DNA of 64,000 nucleotides from an uncultured Bacillota bacterium. Its GTDB lineage: Bacteria; Sysuimicrobiota; Sysuimicrobiia; Sysuimicrobiales; Segetimicrobiaceae. The position numbers and the translations under genes were made by a program. The stretch covers positions 128,001-192,000 of the forward strand of contig CAWDRG010000005.1 in NCBI GenBank assembly GCA_963804645.1, given 5' to 3'. Shown piece by piece: positions 57,369-64,000 of this stretch. The notes below the pieces were generated by a model. The model made no database searches. It was not told where the DNA came from and was given only the letters and a program-made list of their open reading frames with translations. The stretch's first letter is position 1. Each line of letters opens with the position of its first letter.

Positions 57369-58208
57369 CTACGGATGGGCGACCGACGCCACCGCGTCCG
57401 CCTGGACCCACGGCAGCGAGGATGACGCCGTCCCGAGCCCCGGCGGGGGCCCATCGTAGAACGACCCGCTGACGCGGACCGCGTCTCCCACGGCAAGCGC
57501 CGAACGACCCCACACCAGCACCGCCACCGCGGCGTCCCCGTCGCGGAGCGTCAGCGCGGTGTATGCCGTTCCGTCAGCCGTCGTGGCCGCGTGGACCGCG
57601 GCGACGACCCCGGTGACCGTGACCACCTGCCGGTCGAATCGATCGGGGGACAGCGCGAGATCACGAATCGTGTTGTGCGGCACCGTCGCATTCGTCACCA
57701 CCGGTGCCGCAGGCGGCGCCGGCGGCGCCACACCGCCGTACCCGTCCGGAGTTGGCGTCACCGACGTGGAGAGCGAACCGTATCCGTACCCGTACCCGAC
57801 CGAGTACCCGTACCCGGGCGCGTACCCGTACCCGGGCGCGTACGGATACACCGGATACGGCGGAAGCTGCCCGGGCGTCTGCTGACAGATGACGACCGGC
57901 TGCGCCGCCGTCCCCCGGGCGGGAATCGCGCTCCCGACCAGCTGCGCGTTCGGAAACGCGATCGCGTCCAAGATCGTCGGCGTGGGCCCAGTCTGAGCGC
58001 GGCTGGTCGTCGTCACTGTGACGACCTGCGGGTGTTGGTTGACGACCGTCACCGTCGCGGGCGGCGGCACCACCACCGCGGTGCACGGCGTCCCGGGGAC
58101 GGTGGTCGTCGTGGTGGTCACGGTCTGCGTCCAGCCCGCGGTCGCGAACAGCCCCGCGGCCAGCGTGGCCGCCACCATCATTCCCGCCGTCTTCGTCCGG
58201 CTGCGCAT
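57369..58208 (-). CDS. Secreted low-complexity protein with C-terminal OB-fold
   Basis: GGAGGT RBS, signal peptide, Thr/Pro-rich N-region, YAPGYG repeats, VTVTGVV...VGDAVRVSGSF OB-fold pattern. Confidence 0.65.
   Translation of the reverse strand: MRSRTKTAGMMVAATLAAGLFATAGWTQTVTTTTTTVPGTPCTAVVVPPPATVTVVNQHPQVVTVTTTSRAQTGPTPTILDAIAFPNAQLVGSAIPARGTAAQPVVICQQTPGQLPPYPVYPYAPGYGYAPGYGYSVGYGYGYGSLSTSVTPTPDGYGGVAPPAPPAAPVVTNATVPHNTIRDLALSPDRFDRQVVTVTGVVAAVHAATTADGTAYTALTLRDGDAAVAVLVWGRSALAVGDAVRVSGSFYDGPPPGLGTASSSLPWVQADAVASVAHP
57781..57860 (-). repeat. Coding tandem repeat (18-nt unit encoding YAPGYG; GY runs)
   Basis: GTACCCGTACCCGGGCGC repeated on the plus strand. Confidence 0.7.
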
Positions 58209-58239
58209 CGCGAGCCACCTCCGTCCCACCTTCAGTGTA

Positions 58240-58650
58240 TCACACACCTCGCCGCGCGCGTGCGCGCGCGGCTCGCATGAACCGGATCGCGCCGCGCACC
58301 ACTACGGCACCCACCCCACCCGCGATCGCGGCGGGCATCCACACGGTGCCCTGGAACAGAAGAAACAGACCCGCCTCGCCGAATGGATGGGCGCCCTGCA
58401 GCACCCCGATCACGCTGTCGACGCCGATCCGCGCCCACACGGCCGCCACCGCCGCAAGGAGCGCCAGCACCGGGTGCTGCCGGACGGCTCCCGCCGCGGC
58501 CGCGCCGCACAGGAATGGCGACACCGAGGGCAGCGACGCCGCGGCCGGGACCACCGCGATAACGAGAGGGCTGGACCCGAGCAGGTCCAGCCCCTCGAAC
58601 ACGATCACCCCCGCGGCGACCGCGGCGCCCCAGCGTGCCGCCGCGTGCAA
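58240..58650 (-). CDS. Hypothetical membrane protein
   Basis: TTG start immediately after the aldolase stop; about four hydrophobic segments. Confidence 0.55.
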   Translation of the reverse strand: MHAAARWGAAVAAGVIVFEGLDLLGSSPLVIAVVPAAASLPSVSPFLCGAAAAGAVRQHPVLALLAAVAAVWARIGVDSVIGVLQGAHPFGEAGLFLLFQGTVWMPAAIAGGVGAVVVRGAIRFMRAARARARRGV

Positions 58651-59559
58651 CTAGGCGGTCTCCAGCATGATCCGCTTGAGCTCGGCGGTGATGCGCAGCG
58701 CGTCGGGCATCGCCCGCTGCCACATGTTGCGGCCGAAGATCAACCCGACGGCGCCGGCCTCCATGCACTCGCGGGCCTTCTGCAGCAGGTCCTGATCCCC
58801 CATCTTGCTGCCCCCGCTGAACAGCACGAGCGTCCGGCCGGCGCTGCGCACCACGCGCTCGACGGCCTCGCGGTGCCCGAGCTGGAGGGTATTGTAGGGC
58901 TTCGGCGACGCCGCCTGCGTCTTCTCGTCGAACTCGGGCACGTTCAGCTTCACGATGTCGGCGCCCATCTCGCAGGCGACCCGCGCCGCGTAATCCACGG
59001 CGTACAGACTGTCGCGCCCGCCCTTTTTGTCGATCGCCTCGCCGCGCGGATACGCCCACACGATAAGCGGCATCCCGCAAGCGTCGCACGCCCGCCGGAC
59101 CTCGCTCAACTGCCGCATGTCGTCGGTCTGACGCGGCGAACCGACGTACAGCGTGTACCCCACCGCGTCCGCCCCGAGCCGCACGCCGTCCTCGACGAAG
59201 CCCGTGAGGCCGCTGAACGCCTGGGCGTCCGACGGGATGTTCGTCTTGCCGTTCAGCTTCAGAATGAGCGGCACTTGGCCCGCGTACGGACGCATGTGCT
59301 TCTCGGCGATCCCGTAGTGAAACGCGACGGCCGAGTACCCGCCGTCGACGCACAGCTTCAGCTGAAACTCGGGATCCGCGCTGTCCGGGTTGGCGAAGAA
59401 ATCCACGGGACCGTGCTCCAGCCCCTGGTCGATCGGGAGGATCAGCGCGACTCCGTGCCCGGGCCCGTGCTCGTACAGGATCCGGTGCAGCCGGGTCTTC
59501 TTACCGATCGGCAGGTCCATCTCGTCGAGCGTCGGGCGCCTCACGCGCTGGACTACCAT
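58651..59559 (-). CDS. Class I fructose-bisphosphate aldolase (DhnA/FbaB family)
   Basis: ILPIDQGLEHGP, LKLNGKT, AVGYTLYVGS, WAYPRG, GADIVK, SGG, IFGRN. Confidence 0.92.
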   Translation of the reverse strand: MVVQRVRRPTLDEMDLPIGKKTRLHRILYEHGPGHGVALILPIDQGLEHGPVDFFANPDSADPEFQLKLCVDGGYSAVAFHYGIAEKHMRPYAGQVPLILKLNGKTNIPSDAQAFSGLTGFVEDGVRLGADAVGYTLYVGSPRQTDDMRQLSEVRRACDACGMPLIVWAYPRGEAIDKKGGRDSLYAVDYAARVACEMGADIVKLNVPEFDEKTQAASPKPYNTLQLGHREAVERVVRSAGRTLVLFSGGSKMGDQDLLQKARECMEAGAVGLIFGRNMWQRAMPDALRITAELKRIMLETA

Positions 59560-59609
59560 CGTCTCCACCTCCTGGGCATCATCCCGGGGCGCCGGCCGCG
59601 GCGCCCGGG

Positions 59610-60476
59610 TCAGGGATTCGTGGCGTCGCCGAGATTGTTGAAGTGCACCTTGGTCGTCCCGACCGCGATCATGCGGCGCGTCGCGTAGTAGATCGTCACC
59701 CGATCGGCCCACAGCGTCCCTTGGCTGCGGACCATCACCACACGGCCCGTGAGCACCGCCACGGCGGTGGTGAAGTCCACCGTCGCGTTGTCACTCGTCA
59801 CCGTGGCCCCGTACACGTCCGCGCGGACGGGCCCGTGGACGGTGGCCCGGTTGTCCTTGCGGAACAGTTCGATCCAATCCCCCTGCATCCGGCCCGCCTT
59901 GTTCGCGATCACCGGCTGTCCGGTGATCACCCCGTACTCGTCACGCTGGTTGTAGACAAGCCGACCGCCGTTGATGATGAGGTCGGGCGCGGAAAACGCC
60001 GTCACGTGCCCGTCCGCGACCAGCCGGCCAGCCGGCCGGTCGGCTTGGATCGAGTCCGCGGAAAGCGCATACTGCGGCGTCTGCACGCCGGCGCCGCCGA
60101 CGAGGGTCACGCGGGTCACCTCGTTCTCGGCGCTCAGGTCGAGCGTCACATGGTCCGCGGCCGCCTGCCCCTCCGGGCCGACGATCGTGACGTGCCCCGA
60201 GAGCTCCGCCGTGCGGGCCCCGCGGGTGAGACGGAGCGAGTCCGACGTGGCGACGTCGGCGCCGTACGTCACGCGGACGTGCCCGGTGGCGACGAGCGAC
60301 GAGCCGGTGTTGTCGACCGTCACCTCGTCCGCCGTCAGGTGCAGCGGGTACGCCAGCGGGGCAGGCGCGCCTCCGGTGGCCGCCGCGAGGCCCGACGGTG
60401 CCGCGGCGCCCACCGCGAGGCCGGACGCCAAGAGCGTCGCGACGGTCCACCGCACGACGCGGCGGAGGCCCGTCAC
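59610..60476 (-). CDS. LptA/OstA-like beta-jellyroll periplasmic protein
   Basis: Signal peptide then repeated LxAD...AxGHV units; GTG overlaps the fur stop. Confidence 0.72.
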   Translation of the reverse strand: MTGLRRVVRWTVATLLASGLAVGAAAPSGLAAATGGAPAPLAYPLHLTADEVTVDNTGSSLVATGHVRVTYGADVATSDSLRLTRGARTAELSGHVTIVGPEGQAAADHVTLDLSAENEVTRVTLVGGAGVQTPQYALSADSIQADRPAGRLVADGHVTAFSAPDLIINGGRLVYNQRDEYGVITGQPVIANKAGRMQGDWIELFRKDNRATVHGPVRADVYGATVTSDNATVDFTTAVAVLTGRVVMVRSQGTLWADRVTIYYATRRMIAVGTTKVHFNNLGDATNP

Positions 60477-61000
60477 GGCACCGCCGCCTCCGGCGCCGAC
60501 CGCCGGCACGCCTCGCAGTACCCGTGAAACTCGAGCCGGTGGCTCACCACCGAGAACGCGCCGTCAGTCAGCGTATTCTGCTCGCGCTCGAGGATGCGCC
60601 CAACGTCTCCCCGGGGCAAATCCACGACCGCGCCGCAGCGGAGACAGGTCCCGTGATAATGAGGCTCGGGATTCGCGCAGAACACGCTTCGACCGTCTCC
60701 GTAGGTGAGCCGTCGCACGATGCCGAGCCGTCCGAGCAGATCTAAACTGCGGTACGTGGTCGCGAGATTCACCGTCGGACACAGGGTTCTCGCTCTTCGG
60801 CAGATCTCCTCGGCCGGCACGTTCGCGCGCCCGGCCCCGACCAGCGACTCAAGGATCGCGCGGCGCTGCGGCGTCGCGCGGTACCCCTGCCGCTCCATCG
60901 TCCGCAGATGATCGGCGGCGGTGCTCGGCGCACGCCGCGGTCCGGTGCGCCGCCGGCGCTCCCGGTGGATGGGCGTCGCGCGGGCCGCCCGGATGGTCAT
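60473..61000 (-). CDS. Fur-family transcriptional regulator
   Basis: GYRATPQRRAIL, NLATTYRSL, HYHGTCLRCG, GYCEAC. Confidence 0.9.
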   Translation of the reverse strand: MTIRAARATPIHRERRRRTGPRRAPSTAADHLRTMERQGYRATPQRRAILESLVGAGRANVPAEEICRRARTLCPTVNLATTYRSLDLLGRLGIVRRLTYGDGRSVFCANPEPHYHGTCLRCGAVVDLPRGDVGRILEREQNTLTDGAFSVVSHRLEFHGYCEACRRSAPEAAVP

Positions 61001-61123
61001 GCCGTCTCCGTGTTTCGGCACTCCCGTCTCACCCCTGTTGACGGTGGGGGCACGCACCCCACCACCGCGTCCGGCCGTGTGTGGCCCACGCTCGATCCGA
61101 CCGGGCTCCGACGGCCGTGGCGC

Positions 61124-61975
61124 TCACGACCGTTCGCGGGGCCCGCGCGCCTTGTCCACGGGTGCCTCTCCGGCCGGCGCGACCGCGGGCGGCTGCCCGC
61201 CGTGCTGCTCTTCCCACATCGCGTCCAGACGTCGATACTTCTCCGGAAACTCTCCGGTGTACCGCAGCCACGCCGGGATCGGATAGCGCACGCCGCCCCG
61301 CTGCGTCCCGGCGAGACCCTCGACCAATTCGTCCGCCATCGTCCACGGGATGGTGAACGCCATCTCGTGGTCCTCGGTCTGGCCGTAGATCCGGTCACCG
61401 TAACACGGGAGAATGACCTGCGGCATCCCGGACTGCATCGTCTCGATCACCGCGTCCGCGCAGTCGAGGCGCGCGGAGAACCCGCTCTGGAGCCGTCCGC
61501 CGCGGCGGTAGAGCGCCGCGGCGACGAGGCGCATCACTTGGGCCGAGTTGCCGTACACCAACACCACGTGGGGCTCGAACTTGGCCCGTCCGAGCGGCCC
61601 GATCAGGATCCGCTCGTACTCGCCGAACCCGAACTTCGGCACGTCGGCCTCCGTGCGCACGGCCGCCTCCGGGGTCGCCACGTACATCCCGCAGGCCAGG
61701 TTCCCCTCCGCGTAGTACGGCAGCACCGGCTCGAAGCCAAATGCCGTCTTGGCAAGCGGGCAGCTCAGATCGTCCCGCCCCACCCCCACGGTCCAGCCGT
61801 AGCGCCGCGCGATCGAAAACGTTTGGCAGATCGCCACGCGGATGCCGAGGTCTCGGCTCGGAATCCGGGCGTTCTCAGGCAGCGGCTCGCCGGCGCGCAC
61901 CATTCGGATTCCGACCGGGAAGGTCTGGGGCCGGACGTGCGTTTCGATCTCGGTGTTCAGCGTGGCCGGGTCCAT
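61124..61975 (-). CDS. DUF169 family protein
   Basis: FPVGIRM, AICQ...ARRYG, LSCP, YGNSAQVMRL, DCAD, PCYGDR, EMAFTIP. Confidence 0.82.
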   Translation of the reverse strand: MDPATLNTEIETHVRPQTFPVGIRMVRAGEPLPENARIPSRDLGIRVAICQTFSIARRYGWTVGVGRDDLSCPLAKTAFGFEPVLPYYAEGNLACGMYVATPEAAVRTEADVPKFGFGEYERILIGPLGRAKFEPHVVLVYGNSAQVMRLVAAALYRRGGRLQSGFSARLDCADAVIETMQSGMPQVILPCYGDRIYGQTEDHEMAFTIPWTMADELVEGLAGTQRGGVRYPIPAWLRYTGEFPEKYRRLDAMWEEQHGGQPPAVAPAGEAPVDKARGPRERS

Positions 61976-61988
61976 GATCTGCGGCTCC

Positions 61989-63068
61989 TTATCCCTTCAG
62001 CAGCGTGTCCGCAATGGCATAGAAGATCCGCGAGGATGCGGCGTCGGGGGCCGTGATGACGACCGGCACGCCGCGATCGCTGCCCTCCCGGATCTCTTGG
62101 TCGAGCGGGATCTGTCCGAGCAGCGGCGCATCGACCTGCTTGGCCAGCTGCTCGCCGCCGCCGCGGCCGAAGATGTAGATGGGGTCCGCCCCGGGTGACG
62201 GCACGAAATACGACATGTTCTCGATGACGCCGATCACCGGCATGTTCACTTTCTCCGCCATCTTCCCCGACCGGAAGGCGACGTTCGTCGCCGTCGACTG
62301 CGGGGTCGTCACGATCAGCATCTCCGCCCGCGGCAGCGTCTGGGCGATCGTCAGCGACACATCCCCGGTCCCCGGCGGCAGATCGATCAGCAGGTCGTCG
62401 ACGTCCCCCCAGTGTACTTCGGTCAGAAACGTCGTCAGGGCTTTGTGCAGCATCGGGCCCCGCCAGATGACGGCCTCGCCCTCGTCCACCATGAACCCGA
62501 TGGACATCAGCCGGACCCCGTGCCGTTCGATCGGAATGATCATCTGATCGATGATCGTGGGCCGCCCCGCGGACACCCCCATCATCTTGGGGACGCTGAA
62601 TCCGTACACGTCCGCATCGACCACGCCGACCGTCCGGCCGCGCCGCGCGAGCGCCGCCGCGAGGTTCACGGTCACGGTGGACTTCCCGACGCCCCCCTTG
62701 CCGCTCGCGATCGCCAGAATCCGCGTCTTCGAGGTCGGCGCCAGGAGCGGCGATTGCTGCTTCGGACCCGGGCGCAGCTGCCCCATGAGCGCCTGCCGCT
62801 GCTCCTGCGACATGACGCCGAGCTGCACGTCGACGCGCTCCACCCCCGGCAGCGTCTGCACTTTGGTCCGAATCGAGTCAATGATCGTCTCCCGCATCGG
62901 GCAGCCGCTGATCGTGAGCAGCGCCTCGACTTTGACGTCGCCGCCGCGGATCGCAACCTCCTTGACCATGTTGAGCTCGACGATGCTGCGGTGGAGTTCT
63001 GGATCCATGACATCGCGCAGGGCTTCCATGACCTGCTCTTTCGTGACGATGACTTGGCGGGCAGCCAT
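61989..63068 (-). CDS. mrp: Mrp/ApbC/NBP35 iron-sulfur cluster carrier ATPase
   Basis: N-terminal DPEL...GCP (DUF59-like) domain, SGKGGVGKST, DADVYG, WRGPM, DLPPGTGD, TTPQ, ENMS; GAGGAGG RBS. Confidence 0.92.
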   Translation of the reverse strand: MAARQVIVTKEQVMEALRDVMDPELHRSIVELNMVKEVAIRGGDVKVEALLTISGCPMRETIIDSIRTKVQTLPGVERVDVQLGVMSQEQRQALMGQLRPGPKQQSPLLAPTSKTRILAIASGKGGVGKSTVTVNLAAALARRGRTVGVVDADVYGFSVPKMMGVSAGRPTIIDQMIIPIERHGVRLMSIGFMVDEGEAVIWRGPMLHKALTTFLTEVHWGDVDDLLIDLPPGTGDVSLTIAQTLPRAEMLIVTTPQSTATNVAFRSGKMAEKVNMPVIGVIENMSYFVPSPGADPIYIFGRGGGEQLAKQVDAPLLGQIPLDQEIREGSDRGVPVVITAPDAASSRIFYAIADTLLKG

Positions 63069-63148
63069 ACGATCCTCCTCGGGACACATGCGCAGGTTAC
63101 GCGGCTGCCGATTCCTCTGCGGGGTTCGCCGACGCGACGGACGGCGGA

Positions 63149-63163
63149 TGAGAGTTATTCTCA
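63149..63163 (-). promoter_or_regulatory. Fur box (7-1-7 inverted repeat)
   Basis: TGAGAAT-A-ACTCTCA versus the Fur 7-1-7 consensus TGATAATnATTATCA; lies just downstream of the predicted mrp promoter and upstream of a run containing a fur gene. Confidence 0.7.
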
Positions 63164-63176
63164 GCTGCGTGATTTC

Positions 63177-63205
63177 AGCCTAGCATTGAGGTCAAACCCC
63201 GTCAA
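63177..63205 (-). promoter_or_regulatory. Sigma70-type promoter for mrp: TTGACG-N17-TAGGCT with extended TG
   Basis: -35 at 63205-63200, -10 at 63182-63177, exact 17-nt spacer, TGc before the -10. Confidence 0.65.
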
Positions 63206-64000
63206 GGATACGAATCGCGCCACCTAAACTGTTACCGGGGATTGGATCGTCGCGCCAAAATAGGTGTTACCCAGCGACGCCCCTATCTTTCGACCCAGGA
63301 GACCCCGGTGACCCCCAAGGCCAAGCGCGAATACCTCGACGCGATCCGAGCTCGGTATGCCGCCGCGTCCCGCGCGGTGAAGTCGCAACTCCTGACCGAA
63401 GCCTGCGCCACCCTCGGCTATCACCGCAAGGCCGCCATTCGGGCGTTCGCCCGACCACCCCGCACCACCCCGCCGTGCCACCGGTCGGGACGCCCCTCGC
63501 CCTACGGGCCGCGGACCGTGACGCTGCTCATGCACATCTGGGAGGCGGCCGGGTATCCGTGGTCGGTGCGGCTCAAGGCCCTGCTGCCGCTGTGGCTCCC
63601 CTGGGCAAAGCGCCGGTTCACCATCTCGCCGACGGTGGAACGCGCGCTCCGCACCATCAGTCCCCGCACCATCGATCGCCGGCTGGGCCAGAAGAAACGC
63701 CACCTCAACCGCCGCCTCTACGGACGCACCAAACCCGGCACGCTCCTCAAGCATCACATCCCGGTCCGGACCGAACACTGGGCCGTCACCGAGCCCGGCT
63801 TCACGGAGATCGACCTGGTCTCGCACTCCGGCACGTCCGCCGCTGGCGAATTCCTCTACTCGCTCAATCTCACGGACATTCACACGGGCTGGATGGAAAC
63901 CCGTGCCGTGCTTGGCAAAGGTCAGCAAGCCGTCCGGGCGGCCATCGACGACATTCGCCCCGCCTTGCCCTTCGCCCTCCGCGGCATCGACTCCGACAAC
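63201..64000 (+). mobile_element. Insertion sequence, left part (rve/integrase-core DDE; IS481/IS1202-like or ISNCY)
   Basis: Transposase ORF preceded by two TCGCGCCA-N7-TGTTACC sub-terminal repeats (63215-63236, 63250-63271). The exact left tip is inferred. Confidence 0.75.
63308..64000 (+). CDS. Integrase-core transposase, partial (absent from the ORF track because it runs off the window)
   Basis: Manual translation: MTPKAKREYLDAIRARYAAASRAVKSQLLTEACATLGYHRKAAIR...ISPRTIDRRL...TKPGTLLKHHIP...PGFTEIDLVSHSG...TDIHTGW...RGIDSDN. Confidence 0.9.
   Translation, partial: MTPKAKREYLDAIRARYAAASRAVKSQLLTEACATLGYHRKAAIRAFARPPRTTPPCHRSGRPSPYGPRTVTLLMHIWEAAGYPWSVRLKALLPLWLPWAKRRFTISPTVERALRTISPRTIDRRLGQKKRHLNRRLYGRTKPGTLLKHHIPVRTEHWAVTEPGFTEIDLVSHSGTSAAGEFLYSLNLTDIHTGWMETRAVLGKGQQAVRAAIDDIRPALPFALRGIDSDN

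Noticed and set aside
457..62056. Many long antisense or alternate-frame ORFs (e.g. 6062-7993, 24157-26157, 35638-37611, 49989-51764)
   Set aside because: Arg/Pro/Ala-rich shadows of real genes, expected at very high GC; no family motifs.
63224..63928. 234-aa minus-strand ORF at the window end
   Set aside because: Antisense shadow of the plus-strand transposase.

Overview
A very GC-rich bacterial window dominated by cell-envelope glycan genes. Positions 1-24.2 kb hold a Wzx/Wzy-type polysaccharide cluster: pseB-like dehydratase, UDP-sulfoquinovose synthase, nucleotidyltransferase, epimerase, bifunctional dehydrogenase, initiating sugar transferase, GT2/GT4s, flippase, three Wzy-like paralogues, a Wzz-like protein and a WaaL-like ligase. 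An RHH-RelE/ParE toxin-antitoxin pair and a secreted 12-repeat NHL protein sit inside this cluster. Positions 24.2-47.4 kb hold outer-membrane/LPS-type genes: LptD-like, PMM, MsbA-like, a GT2 triplet, an ArnC-like GT2, an AsnB-type amidotransferase, an ArnT-like GT-C, two tandem LpxB-like genes, hddA-gmhA and a carbamoyltransferase; yitJ is embedded among them. Positions 47.4-64 kb are mixed: a duplicated promoter module in front of a small secreted peptide and a solitary prepilin-like gene, a PHP hydrolase, another GT-C, a MoaD-MoaE fusion, a VPS10/BNR propeller, TPR and OB-fold secreted proteins, a class I aldolase, an LptA-like protein, and an Mrp-DUF169-Fur run with a Fur box. The window ends in an integrase-type IS whose left end abuts the Mrp promoter -35. 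Four genes are broken by +1 indels, mostly in short G runs, which look like long-read assembly errors. Many genes appear leaderless. The gene content fits a diderm Terrabacteria lineage such as Armatimonadota/CSP1-3 relatives, but that is inference. No CRISPR array, rRNA or intact tRNA was seen.
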